Positions 1 to 9,727 of a DNA stretch of 64,000 bases are shown piece after piece. Made by a program: the position numbers and the translations under genes. The stretch comes from Candidatus Moraniibacteriota bacterium (lineage in GTDB: Bacteria > Patescibacteriota > Minisyncoccia > Moranbacterales > GCA-2747515): assembly GCA_016699795.1 (NCBI GenBank), contig CP065011.1, forward strand, positions 1,075,449 through 1,139,448, read 5' to 3'. Every line of letters starts with the position of its first letter. Position 1 is the stretch's first letter. The notes under the pieces are model-generated. The model worked only from the letters and a program-made list of their open reading frames with translations. It searched no databases and was not told the origin of the DNA.

Positions 1-632
1 CTACTTTTCACATCTCCATTTCCAATAATAGGAACTTGATATTCTGAAGCCACAGTAACGGCTTTTTCAATTTCATCCCAATGAGCTTCTACTTTGGACA
101 TTTCCTTTCTTGTTCTTGCATGTACTGTTATAAAATCAGGTTTTGTTTGACAAAGATTTTTAATCCAATTTTCCGTATCTAAAACATTATATCCAATTCG
201 TGTTTTTATAGAAACAGACATTTTTCCAGCACCTTTTCGAGTTGCTTGTACAATTTCTCTCGCTCGCTTTGGATCATTGATAAGAGCAGCCCCCGCACCT
301 TGTTTTTCTACCTTTTTGTCAGGACATCCCATATTAATATCTATTCCATCAAATCCCAAACTTTCAAGAAGTTTAGCCACAGGGGTAAAATCTTTTGGGT
401 CTCCCCCAAAAACTTGAGCAATTATAGGTCTTTGCTTCTGGGTATAAAACAAATCACGAATAAGATGCTCTTTTCCTTTAGAAGAAAGTAAGCCCTTACA
501 AGAAACAAATTCTGTAAAGAAAATATCTGGAGCTGTATAGGTCGATATAAATTCTCTAAATACAACATCTGTAACTTCCGCCATAGGCGCAAGTATAAAA
601 AGGGGTTTTTCTCTTTTTTGTATATCCAACAT
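1..632 (-). CDS. tRNA-dihydrouridine synthase (Dus family), 3'-truncated by window edge
   Basis: My own minus-strand translation from the ATG at 630-632 gives MLDIQKREKPLFILAPMAEVTDVVFREF...GFDGIDINMGCPDKKVEKQGAGAALINDPKRAREIV... This is a TIM-barrel Dus-like protein (LAPMAGVTD and CP-motif equivalents). The ORF runs to position 1. Confidence 0.75.
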   Translation of the reverse strand, partial: MLDIQKREKPLFILAPMAEVTDVVFREFISTYTAPDIFFTEFVSCKGLLSSKGKEHLIRDLFYTQKQRPIIAQVFGGDPKDFTPVAKLLESLGFDGIDINMGCPDKKVEKQGAGAALINDPKRAREIVQATRKGAGKMSVSIKTRIGYNVLDTENWIKNLCQTKPDFITVHARTRKEMSKVEAHWDEIEKAVTVASEYQVPIIGNGDVKS

Positions 633-637
633 ACTTC

Positions 638-1096
638 TTATTTTTTCATTTCAGAAGAATTAATTGAATCACAAAGAAGAGATTCTCTCCCATTTTTATT
701 GGAAAAAATCATCAAAAGAAGAAAAAACAGGGAAATAAAAGTTGCTATCCAAACAAAAAACCAAACACCCAAAGATAGCTTATCAGGCATACCTATAATC
801 ATCGAGGTCAGAAAGAAAACTAAAACACCTATTCTTTTCTTCCCTAATTCCCACACAAAAGAAGCATTTTCTTTTTCAAATTTTTTCCCCAAAACAAAGG
901 AAATAAAAAATAAAAAAAGAAGAGCTAGTGTTATCTCAAAAAATGATACATGGGAGGAAAGTAAATTTGGAAGTAAAAATTCTGAAAAAATAAAAATAAA
1001 ACAAAAGAAGAGCATTATCATTAAAGCCTCAATGCTTAATTTATAGCTTATAGCGATCATCGATTTTTTCAAAAAATCATTATTCCCTTTTTTCAT
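638..1096 (-). CDS. hypothetical polytopic membrane protein
   Basis: 152-aa ORF, very hydrophobic with several predicted TM helices. No recognisable motif. Confidence 0.35.
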   Translation of the reverse strand: MKKGNNDFLKKSMIAISYKLSIEALMIMLFFCFIFIFSEFLLPNLLSSHVSFFEITLALLFLFFISFVLGKKFEKENASFVWELGKKRIGVLVFFLTSMIIGMPDKLSLGVWFFVWIATFISLFFLLLMIFSNKNGRESLLCDSINSSEMKK

Positions 1097-2394
1097 AAAC
1101 CAAATCGTTTCAAAATTCGTATTCGTAACTCAGCTAAAAACTTTCGAAAATTTTCCCCATTCACTTCTTTATCGAACGTAATGTTCATCTCAGAAAGATC
1201 CATGTTTTCATAAGCCATAAGACGAAGTTGATATTCCACTCCTCTACCATCTACATTTAAAAGAGAGGAAGAGCATCCATAACCAGAAAATATGGAATCT
1301 TCTTTCAGAATACACGATATCGATTCTGGATGTGCTTCGATAATAACAGGTGGAATATTTTCATATTGTTTGAGTATATTCTCTCCCCGTATTAAGCGTT
1401 TTTTTTCAGATTCTATAAAAAATGTTTCTCCGGAAACCGTATCAATAAAAACTGTTCCATCTATATGAGTTCGACGAGCATTATAGATTTCTCCTTGCTC
1501 ATAAGCGAGAAATTCTTCTTCTGTTATTTTTATAACATCTTCCCAAGAATATCCTTTTGAAAGAAAAGATTGTGGACTATCTATAGGGCGAGCCTTTCCT
1601 TCGCTAGAAACATAAACACCTCCCTGATAATCCATAAGCGTTCCATTAGCAAATCCCAAAACCTTTGAAACTCCTTCGTCAGGAAAATCACGATTCATAT
1701 TCCTAGCATATTCTTTTTTATACTTTGAAAGATACGCTCTTTCACTTACAAAGAAATCTATTCGATTTTCTTTTATTTGATAATACATTCCATCACGATG
1801 AAACAAACTTCCTTGAATCCAATATTCATCTTTTCTGATATCATCCCCTCTTGTCTGAAAAGAAAACTCATTTTCCCCGATAGGGAGAAATTGTTCTTTT
1901 GAAAAACCTAAAATATCAAAAATATCTTTAGGAATATATCGAGTTTTTCCCTCTGATACGATGAAAAATTTATCTTCAAGGGAAAGGAGTGTTCCATCAA
2001 AAAAAATAGCTGGAAGCCCATCTGGGTACGTCATGGCACGATATTTTCTCACAAAAGAAATCTCTCCCTTTAATTCTTGATCCTTTGAAGAAGTAAACCC
2101 CGCATGAATACTTTTAAAATCACCTTCAGCAATTGCACCAAAATTTATAAATTCACCTTTTTGAATACCTCCGTCACTCTTCAATTCCCCGATCTCACGA
2201 GGCTCAAGTAATGAATTTTTAGGATCATCATAACGAGAAAACTCGAATGTACCATAAATATCAGGAAAAACCACTTTCAGAAAAAGAACTGTTGTCAAAA
2301 ATAAAAAAAATCCATACAAAACAAAACGACCAATTCCATATACAAATTGGTATTTTTGAGGGATAATAATTTGGTGCATTCTATCGTAAATCAT
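1093..2394 (-). CDS. hypothetical N-terminally membrane-anchored extracytoplasmic protein
   Basis: 433-aa ORF. A single N-terminal TM helix (FVLYGFFLFLTTVLFLKVVF) is followed by a large soluble domain. No known motif recognised. Confidence 0.45.
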   Translation of the reverse strand: MIYDRMHQIIIPQKYQFVYGIGRFVLYGFFLFLTTVLFLKVVFPDIYGTFEFSRYDDPKNSLLEPREIGELKSDGGIQKGEFINFGAIAEGDFKSIHAGFTSSKDQELKGEISFVRKYRAMTYPDGLPAIFFDGTLLSLEDKFFIVSEGKTRYIPKDIFDILGFSKEQFLPIGENEFSFQTRGDDIRKDEYWIQGSLFHRDGMYYQIKENRIDFFVSERAYLSKYKKEYARNMNRDFPDEGVSKVLGFANGTLMDYQGGVYVSSEGKARPIDSPQSFLSKGYSWEDVIKITEEEFLAYEQGEIYNARRTHIDGTVFIDTVSGETFFIESEKKRLIRGENILKQYENIPPVIIEAHPESISCILKEDSIFSGYGCSSSLLNVDGRGVEYQLRLMAYENMDLSEMNITFDKEVNGENFRKFLAELRIRILKRFGL

Positions 2395-2464
2395 TCCTTA
2401 GTATAGGCACATTTTTCATTCTCTGAAAAGAGGTAAGAAAAACGCTCCATTATCATTTTATTTT

Positions 2465-3487
2465 ATGAAAAATATTCTTGTTACAGGAGGAGCTGGTTTT
2501 ATCGGATCACACACCGTTATAGAACTTGCCCAGGCTGGTTATAATCCTGTTATTCTAGATAACTTTTCCAATTCAGATCCTCGTATTCTTTTAGGTATAG
2601 AAAAAATACTTGGACGAAAACCTCTCTTTTATAAAGGTGATTGTTTAGATGATATTTTTCTTTCTAAGATTTTTTCTCTTTATCATTTCTCAGGGATCAT
2701 TCATTTCGCAGCATTTAAATCAGTTTCTGAGTCAATAAAAAATCCTCTTCTTTATTGGAAAAATAATATCGATTCCCTTCTTCATATTTTAGAAATAGCT
2801 CTCAAAAAAAATGTCTCAGCTTTTGTTTTTTCATCATCGGCTACTATTTATGGAGAGCCTAACGAGGTTCCCATTTCAGAAGTTTCTCCAAGAAAGCTAG
2901 CTACATGCGCTTATGGAGCAACAAAACAAGCAGGTGAAGATATTCTTCAAAATATCTGCACGACACCTGCAAACAAAAAAATATTGAAAGGAATTTCTTT
3001 GCGCTATTTCAATCCTGTTGGTGCACATCCTAGTGGACTCATCGGAGAACTTCCTCTTGGAATTCCTCAAAATCTTATTCCTTTTGTTACTCAAACCGCA
3101 GCAAAAATACGAAAAGAACTTATTATATTTGGAAATGATTATCCAACACCAGATGGAACCTGCTTACGTGACTATATTCATGTAGTCGATCTTGCAAAAG
3201 CACACATCTCAGCTCTCACCTTTCTTTTAAAAGATAACGCTCCTCAATATGATGTTTTTAACATAGGAAATGGCAAGGCTTCTAGTGTACTTGAAGTTAT
3301 CCATACGTTTCAAAAAATCACCAACGTTTCACTTCCCTATCGTATAGGTCCTCGCCGAGAAGGAGATGTTGTAAGTTGTTATGCAGAAGTCTCTAAAGCG
3401 GAAAAAATTTTGAATTGGAAAGCAGAATATACACTTGAAAACGCTCTTCGCGATGCATGGAACTGGCAAAAAAATATTCCTTTTTAA
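2465..3487 (+). CDS. galE: UDP-glucose 4-epimerase
   Basis: N-terminal Rossmann motif VTGGAGFIGSH and catalytic YGATK (YxxxK). 340 aa, typical GalE length and architecture. Confidence 0.85.
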   Translation: MKNILVTGGAGFIGSHTVIELAQAGYNPVILDNFSNSDPRILLGIEKILGRKPLFYKGDCLDDIFLSKIFSLYHFSGIIHFAAFKSVSESIKNPLLYWKNNIDSLLHILEIALKKNVSAFVFSSSATIYGEPNEVPISEVSPRKLATCAYGATKQAGEDILQNICTTPANKKILKGISLRYFNPVGAHPSGLIGELPLGIPQNLIPFVTQTAAKIRKELIIFGNDYPTPDGTCLRDYIHVVDLAKAHISALTFLLKDNAPQYDVFNIGNGKASSVLEVIHTFQKITNVSLPYRIGPRREGDVVSCYAEVSKAEKILNWKAEYTLENALRDAWNWQKNIPF

Positions 3488-3498
3488 TACGTTTTATT

Positions 3499-3855
3499 TT
3501 ACACTTTCATTTTTTCATCTTCTCGAAGCTCTGAGACAGCTCGAATAACAGCCATAACAAGAAAATAATAAGCATACACCGCATAAGCTTCCGCTTGATC
3601 TTCTCTCTCAAAAACCAAAAGAAGTGGTGTTGCACAAAGAAATATTAATGCGGGTATGGCTAACATACGACTCGGAACTTTCTCCATAATAGACCAAAGA
3701 AAAATAAAAAATATAAAAATTTCAACAAGATCCCACTGAAAGAATGCTCCCATAATGACACCAAGAATCATAAAAATTGCATGAAGCTTTTTTTCCTTCC
3801 ATAATGATACGAACCAAGATTCTATAGGAGATATTTCAATTTTTTTCATAATCAT
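3499..3855 (-). CDS. small hypothetical membrane protein
   Basis: 118-aa ORF with 3-4 hydrophobic helices. Confidence 0.3.
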   Translation of the reverse strand: MIMKKIEISPIESWFVSLWKEKKLHAIFMILGVIMGAFFQWDLVEIFIFFIFLWSIMEKVPSRMLAIPALIFLCATPLLLVFEREDQAEAYAVYAYYFLVMAVIRAVSELREDEKMKV

Positions 3856-3889
3856 TTTTTAATATAAAAAATCCCAAACAACTCACTTT

Positions 3890-6088
3890 TCATACTGAAA
3901 TAAGTTTTTTTCTTCGCTTTCGTAGATGCGCTAAAATTATTATTCCAAGGATAATAAAAAGAGAGACAAGAGAAATAATCATTCCAAGAGATGCGAATTT
4001 TTTTGGAGCGAATACAATTTCTATTTGATCACCTTCCTGTATATTTGAAAGATTCCATCCATTAAAAAATCCCAAAGATCTTTTCAAAGAAAGTGTTTCT
4101 TTTTCACCACTTGTATGTACGAGTGTCGCTGACCACAACGCATTAAATGGCTCAGAAAATGTAAGTATCTTTTGTGAAATCTTTTTATCAAAATGTATTA
4201 CATACCCTGATTCATTTTTTATATAAGAAATTGGAAGAATTTCTGTTTTATTCACATCTTCGTAAGAAGCTAAAATACTACTAGGATCATCGAGAAATGA
4301 AAAGGTAAAATTATGTACATAAAAAAGTGGGAATATCCGCTCATCTCGAAGACGATACATATCAAAAACATCTGTCTGAACAACTTTTTTCCATTCTCCT
4401 ATTTTTTCTAAATAAAGAACTTTTTCTTGAATATTTTGAAAAGATCCTGGCACTCCATCTTTATGAACAATAACATAGCGGACGTTTCCTAAACCAAGAA
4501 GAACTGTCAACCATTTTGGATCCTGATTTGATTGGGAAAAAGTTTTTGCATAATTCCATCTTTCAAAATAAGAAGATTGGGGTGATATCGTTTTTCTATC
4601 AAAAATTGAAGAAAAAATATCTTCTCCAAAATATGAATAGGAAGGAAAATAATCCCATTCACTTTCTTCGTATTTCGGTCCATAAGGAAGTCGTGCGATA
4701 AAACCATCCGCGGTACTCTCACGAAAACGCTTTCCTATTTTATAATATTCCTCAGGTAGTGTTACAAATACACCAAGGTCGAAATCATCCTCTTGTTCAA
4801 TCTCATTTTTTTCATTAATAGGAATTTGATTATTTTTATACACACCTCCCACAAAAAAAGGAAATGCAACAAAAGAAGTAAGAATAGCTGAGAGAGCTAG
4901 TGTGAAAGTAAATTTTTTAGAAAACATAGCCGCACATATCCCAATAAAAATTCCAAGGGAAGGAAGAAAAAGAAGAAAATCACTCCCATTTCCAAGAGCG
5001 GCCATTCCAGGAAGTGTCCACATTCGATTTCCAAAAAATCCTGTAAAACCAGGAAAGCCAGAAATAAAAAAAGTAAAAAATAAAAGAATAGTTGTCATTG
5101 ACCAGAAAAAACGACGACTTATTGCTAGAGAACTTTTTTTCTGTAAGAACCAGCCAGAAATAAGCCAAATAAGAGGAAGTAATGTAAGGAGTATGCCCAC
5201 TGTATGCATTCCTTTGTAGGGTGAAGCGTAAGGAAACATCTGAGCATAATTCAAAGAAAGCCATCGAGATACTTGCAATAAAGAGGAGGGCTTCTCAAGA
5301 AGATGCAAAGATTGCTCTATTCCTGTTTGTGGGAAAAAAGTATCTTTTCCATATTCAAGACGAATAAGCGCCGAAGGAATAGCATAAGCACTTACAAGAA
5401 GAAAAGAAAGGATGAGAATTCCAAAAGAAATCATCTTCTTCCAAGAAAAAAACGATTCTGTGAAAATAGCTATGGAAATTGTCATAATAAGAAAGAATAC
5501 TACGGTAACGATCAATGCTGACGGGTATAAAAATAAAGTAGAAAAAAGAAAAAAGAAAAAAGAACAAATAGCACCCATTCCAATAGAAGGGTTTCGTAAA
5601 AACATCCGATAAGAAGCAATAAATGCCGGTAAAAAGGCATAAGCAAAACCTAAAGGAGTAAAAATTTTTCCCGAAGCCACAAGATGTAAAGTAAAAATAT
5701 TTATGGCATATACAAGGGAAAAAGAAAAAACCGTAAAATGAGAAGCGTGAGGAAATACTTTATAAATAGCCCAGCGCATTGATAAAAATGAAAAAAATAA
5801 AAAGAAATCCAAATAAATAGTCAATTGTGATCCATTGCTAAAGTTAAGAGTATCTAAAAGCCAAAATACTCCATACCAAAGAAAACCTCTCCATTCACTC
5901 TCTTCTACATAAGAAAAAAAATCTTGTGAGGCATTTGTAGGCATGGAGACGCTTCCTGAAACAAGAATGGCATCATTGGCAAATGTTGCTACACCAACAA
6001 TCCATACAATAATAATAACGCCAAGAAACCGCCAACGCACATCGGAGGGGATTTTTTCTGTAAGATAAAAGAAAAGTCTTTGAAACAT
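3890..6088 (-). CDS. YfhO-like polytopic membrane protein (putative membrane glycosyltransferase)
   Basis: 732 aa. About 12 N-terminal TM helices, then a large extracytoplasmic domain and a single C-terminal TM helix (MIISLVSLFIILGIIILAHL). This architecture is typical of the YfhO family. Confidence 0.45.
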   Translation of the reverse strand: MFQRLFFYLTEKIPSDVRWRFLGVIIIVWIVGVATFANDAILVSGSVSMPTNASQDFFSYVEESEWRGFLWYGVFWLLDTLNFSNGSQLTIYLDFFLFFSFLSMRWAIYKVFPHASHFTVFSFSLVYAINIFTLHLVASGKIFTPLGFAYAFLPAFIASYRMFLRNPSIGMGAICSFFFFLFSTLFLYPSALIVTVVFFLIMTISIAIFTESFFSWKKMISFGILILSFLLVSAYAIPSALIRLEYGKDTFFPQTGIEQSLHLLEKPSSLLQVSRWLSLNYAQMFPYASPYKGMHTVGILLTLLPLIWLISGWFLQKKSSLAISRRFFWSMTTILLFFTFFISGFPGFTGFFGNRMWTLPGMAALGNGSDFLLFLPSLGIFIGICAAMFSKKFTFTLALSAILTSFVAFPFFVGGVYKNNQIPINEKNEIEQEDDFDLGVFVTLPEEYYKIGKRFRESTADGFIARLPYGPKYEESEWDYFPSYSYFGEDIFSSIFDRKTISPQSSYFERWNYAKTFSQSNQDPKWLTVLLGLGNVRYVIVHKDGVPGSFQNIQEKVLYLEKIGEWKKVVQTDVFDMYRLRDERIFPLFYVHNFTFSFLDDPSSILASYEDVNKTEILPISYIKNESGYVIHFDKKISQKILTFSEPFNALWSATLVHTSGEKETLSLKRSLGFFNGWNLSNIQEGDQIEIVFAPKKFASLGMIISLVSLFIILGIIILAHLRKRRKKLISV

Positions 6089-6104
6089 AGATAATAAGTG
6101 AAGT

Positions 6105-7613
6105 CTATTTTTTAGGAATTTTTGCTGTTATTCGAAATCTCTCTAGGCCAAACTTTCTTTTCACTTCATCTTTTGAATCAGTATAGCGAACCCGTACATA
6201 AATAAGGGCAGTATCTCCTTTCTCAGCTGTAAAAGTAAAAGAGTATTCTTGAGATTTTCCATCTAACTGAATATAAGGAATTTCTTTCCAATTTTTGGCA
6301 TCATAAGAATATTCTAATGCGATCTGATCTTCATAATTACCGTATTGACTTGCTTGGATAGTCATTTCTGAAAAAGGAGATATTGTTGAAATAGGATACA
6401 TAAAGTATTCTCCCACTTTGGAATCCCCTAAAACTCGGGATTCTTTTGGTTTAAAAGAAATGCTTGGAGTTGCTTCAGAAATATTAGCAAAATCAGAAAT
6501 TGAATTATTACTTCTATACTCATAGCGAAGATAAGGACCAACATCTTCAATTTTTGCACCAGGAAGGAGAAGATTTTTCTCATTTTCTTCAAATGCATGT
6601 CGAATCTGAGCTACAACAAAACCCTCTTTTCCATCATCAGAAGTAACACGAGAAAATTCAAGAGTTCCTTTTTTGTCTTTTTCACGATAGCGAATTCCTA
6701 AAGCATAGCTTTTTCCTGGTTTTAATGAAAAAGGAAATGGAATATCAGACATTCCAGTTTTTTTCTTATATTTATCAATATCTGCTTCTGGAAATGATAC
6801 CGAATGAATAATTTTTTTATCGACAACTTTACTTTCAGGATCATAGCCAAAAATATCGAGAACATAACGTTCGTCAGAAAGAATATCTCCTCGTCTAGCA
6901 GGGATAGAAACTGAATACATAACATCCCCAGGAGAAACAAAAGTTCCCCAAGAAATATAATTAGAACGATCAGGAAAAAAGATCTCTTTTTCAACTTTAT
7001 TATCCACGAAAACACTTGCTATTTGAGATTTTCTTAATAGCGTAGGTTGAAGATTTTTTATAGCAGTTTCATCCGTAATTTTTAATCTTGTGGTAAATAT
7101 ATCTGAAATTATAACTTTTCCTCCTCTCCATCGATCTTCTTGTGTTTCCCCACTTTTTCTAATAATAATGTCGTGATAGAAATCATTCAATTGGAAAACG
7201 AATTCTTTAAAAACTTCTTCTCCGGAACGATCTAACTGTACTATTCCTATTTCTTTCTCTTCCCCCCAATCTGAAATAGCAAGAATATGGAGCTCTTCAT
7301 CAGAGTCTAATGCACGAGCACCGACACCAATACGATACCAATCACCCTCTATAGAATCCAAGATATCAGGATATATTTTCTCTGGAATACTTCCAGAAAG
7401 ATCTGCAGAGATTTCAGATAATTTTTCTTCAGAAACTTTAAGGGCATCATTTTTTCCAAGTTCATCTGTTGGAACAACTACTACATTATACCAAATAGAA
7501 ATTATAAAAATAAAAAGAATAGCTCCATATTTTCCCCTTAAAAATAAGAAGAAATTCTTAAATAAGGAAAAATATTTATGTATCCATTCATAAGAAATCT
7601 TTTTTTCTTTCAT
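6105..7613 (-). CDS. hypothetical membrane-anchored extracytoplasmic protein
   Basis: 502-aa ORF with an N-terminal TM anchor (ILFIFIISIWYNVVVV) and a soluble remainder. Unknown family. Confidence 0.45.
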   Translation of the reverse strand: MKEKKISYEWIHKYFSLFKNFFLFLRGKYGAILFIFIISIWYNVVVVPTDELGKNDALKVSEEKLSEISADLSGSIPEKIYPDILDSIEGDWYRIGVGARALDSDEELHILAISDWGEEKEIGIVQLDRSGEEVFKEFVFQLNDFYHDIIIRKSGETQEDRWRGGKVIISDIFTTRLKITDETAIKNLQPTLLRKSQIASVFVDNKVEKEIFFPDRSNYISWGTFVSPGDVMYSVSIPARRGDILSDERYVLDIFGYDPESKVVDKKIIHSVSFPEADIDKYKKKTGMSDIPFPFSLKPGKSYALGIRYREKDKKGTLEFSRVTSDDGKEGFVVAQIRHAFEENEKNLLLPGAKIEDVGPYLRYEYRSNNSISDFANISEATPSISFKPKESRVLGDSKVGEYFMYPISTISPFSEMTIQASQYGNYEDQIALEYSYDAKNWKEIPYIQLDGKSQEYSFTFTAEKGDTALIYVRVRYTDSKDEVKRKFGLERFRITAKIPKK

Positions 7614-7751
7614 ATAACCATATTCTTTTTATTATAACCGATCTATAAATACTCTCTAAAAACCCATTCTATACTCTCTTATTATTTTTTACTAGAGGAT
7701 CTCTACTATTTAACCCTATAAAATAAAAATATTTTTTAAGTCTATACTATT

Positions 7752-7777
7752 TTCCCTAAATTTTAAAATTTAGGGAA
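7752..7777. promoter_or_regulatory. 26-bp perfect palindrome (TTCCCTAAATTTT|AAAATTTAGGGAA), candidate operator
   Basis: Perfect inverted repeat read directly in the sequence. It lies about 140 bp upstream of the start of the minus-strand gene 6105..7613. Confidence 0.4.
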
Positions 7778-7782
7778 ATATT

Positions 7783-7819
7783 TAAAAAGGCGCCTTGTTT
7801 TTTACAAGACGCCAAAAAA
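7783..7819 (-). terminator. Rho-independent terminator (bidirectional architecture)
   Basis: GC-rich hairpin GGCGCCTTGT-(T6)-ACAAGACGCC flanked by A5 and A6 runs. On the minus strand it is followed by a T-run, immediately after the stop of 7846..8472. Confidence 0.6.
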
Positions 7820-7845
7820 GAAATGAGACCCGATAAGATCAAAAG

Positions 7846-8472
7846 CTATCCAGGAGCGGATATCATTCGAACTTCTACGGATTTAAGTCCTCTCTCAACA
7901 TTTCCGCCAATTTCCAAAAAAGTTGCCACCGTAGCATCTACTCGGTTTTTTCTCGTGCACGATCTTTTGGGACAACGATCCGAAGCAAAAGCTCTCACAG
8001 ATTTCCCTGTTTTCGGATCTCGTATTTCCAACATAGATCCTAAGGGAAAGCGAGAATCTACTGCTACTGTTAATGAATTGGGATCCATGACAGCACCGCT
8101 TGCGGTACAACTGCCAGTTGGATGATAAAAAGAAAGATCTATCTTCATCCACGACTTTTTTATCGTTCGGGAATCAGAAGAGTATTCTTTTTTTACGGAA
8201 GATAATGATTTACAGCCTCCACTCCGTTTACGTACATTCTTACGCAAACTGTTCGTTGGTTCCTCAGAAATTTTTTTCTTCTTTTCTAAGGAAAGAGACT
8301 GACTTTTTTCAGCTTTTCTTACTTGGATTCTTTCCGAAGCGGATAAATCCATTGTTTGCAAAAAAAGCGAAGAAAGAATGATTAAAAACTTTGTTTTCAA
8401 TGAACCATACCTCAGTTGAAAAAGTGTCACAAAACACTTACCCAAAATACACAAGTTTTTCTCTCCCGTCAA
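7846..8472 (-). CDS. 3D-domain (MltA-like/YocH-like) secreted protein
   Basis: C-terminal region HPTGSCTASGAVMDPNSLTVAVDSRFPLGSMLEIRD...AFASDRC...RVDATVAT matches the three-conserved-Asp 3D-domain pattern. A more likely start is the TTG at 8400, preceded by GAGG and giving a (M)KTKFLIILSSLFLQ signal peptide. GC content is above the local background. Confidence 0.55.
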   Translation of the reverse strand: MTGEKNLCILGKCFVTLFQLRYGSLKTKFLIILSSLFLQTMDLSASERIQVRKAEKSQSLSLEKKKKISEEPTNSLRKNVRKRSGGCKSLSSVKKEYSSDSRTIKKSWMKIDLSFYHPTGSCTASGAVMDPNSLTVAVDSRFPLGSMLEIRDPKTGKSVRAFASDRCPKRSCTRKNRVDATVATFLEIGGNVERGLKSVEVRMISAPG

Positions 8473-8580
8473 ATTTTGTACGGTTATCTAATCAAAATTA
8501 CATTTTGAAGATTTTTGATAATTACTCTTACCAAGAAGAAAATACAAGTAAACGACTACTTTTTAAAAACATTTTGCAAA

Positions 8581-8618
8581 AAAAATAAAAAACCCGTTGA
8601 ATGTTTCCAAACAACGGG
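8581..8618 (-). terminator. Rho-independent terminator
   Basis: On the minus strand, CCCGTTG-loop-CAACGGG is followed by TTTTTTATTTTTT, just after the stop of 8638..9513. Confidence 0.65.
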
Positions 8619-8637
8619 CAAAGTGGGAGACTAACTC

Positions 8638-9513
8638 TTAGGGCTTAAAAAACGTATAAGAATCCCCCAAAAAAGTTGTTCCGAGCGGAAAATCCCACAT
8701 ATCTACCGCAACATACAGATCTCTCTCACCTGCTTTACAGACCAGGAATCCATATGTGCCAAATGGAAAGTTGGGAATGTCTGCGACTACCGTATAATCA
8801 TCCAGTTTCTTTACAGATCCCTGGATATAGGTAAAGTCAGGATTCCAAAATTGAAATCCGCAACTTGAAAGTTGCTCAGAATCCATGGGCTCCATAAGGC
8901 CATCCTTGTCCGAAAGGGCATAGATTTTATTGGTTCCGAAGTCCATTCGAACGGTATTGGTATTCTTGTCGATAATGGAAACATTTGGTTCTCTATAGTT
9001 TCCCATAGTGAAGAGATATTGTGCATCCACAGAGAATGGCTGTCCGGTCACATTAGTGACCGCCCAGTATGCCATATTAAACGGCATGTAATGGAATGTC
9101 CCTTCTTGACATGAAACTCTCATCCCGAAATATCCTTTAGCGGGATAGTTTGTCGGAACAATCATGAGGGGTCGAAAGAATTTGGCCCACGAAGCATTCT
9201 TCTCTTCCCATCCATTAAAATCGCTATGGAAAGCAACTTCGTAGGTTTCCTTTATGGGAGTACATCCAAATTCTTCAGGTGGAGTGTCAACAAGCCCGGT
9301 AAACGTAACCCGCAAGGGAAGGATGGCAAGTATCACACCCTCTGGCGTGATACGAATCTGCCCCACGCAGTTTCCCCATCCATTGTTTTGAGCTTCGCAA
9401 TTGCGCGAGCTCACCTCGACGATTCCCGCAGCCGTAAATTGCTGCAGGGAGAATGCATTCTCTGTCATGCTGACAAAGAGAACAAAAAAAATAACAACAA
9501 GTAGCCTTTTCAT
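8638..9513 (-). CDS. hypothetical secreted protein (signal peptide)
   Basis: 291 aa with an N-terminal signal peptide MKRLLVVIFFVLFVSMTENAFS. GC content is clearly elevated versus flanking genes. No family recognised. Confidence 0.5.
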   Translation of the reverse strand: MKRLLVVIFFVLFVSMTENAFSLQQFTAAGIVEVSSRNCEAQNNGWGNCVGQIRITPEGVILAILPLRVTFTGLVDTPPEEFGCTPIKETYEVAFHSDFNGWEEKNASWAKFFRPLMIVPTNYPAKGYFGMRVSCQEGTFHYMPFNMAYWAVTNVTGQPFSVDAQYLFTMGNYREPNVSIIDKNTNTVRMDFGTNKIYALSDKDGLMEPMDSEQLSSCGFQFWNPDFTYIQGSVKKLDDYTVVADIPNFPFGTYGFLVCKAGERDLYVAVDMWDFPLGTTFLGDSYTFFKP

Positions 9514-9727
9514 TGGGAACCTCTTTTTCTTAAGGTGCTTTGGAAAAAACTTTTGAATACCTATTCAAAAGTAACCATTCGCATCTATTCACATTTTCTT
9601 TATTTTGTCAAGACTTTGCACAAGATAATCGCCTAGGTAACTAACTCAAAAAATCTTTAAAATAAGCCTTTAGAGAAGATGGTCGCACATCTTCAAATTC
9701 AAGCCTTTTCAAAATATATTCATACTG

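Noticed and set aside
7823-8125. + strand 100-aa ORF and - strand 85-aa ORF overlapping the 3D-domain gene
   Set aside because: Alternative-frame or antisense ORFs within a gene whose correct frame shows a conserved 3D-domain pattern.
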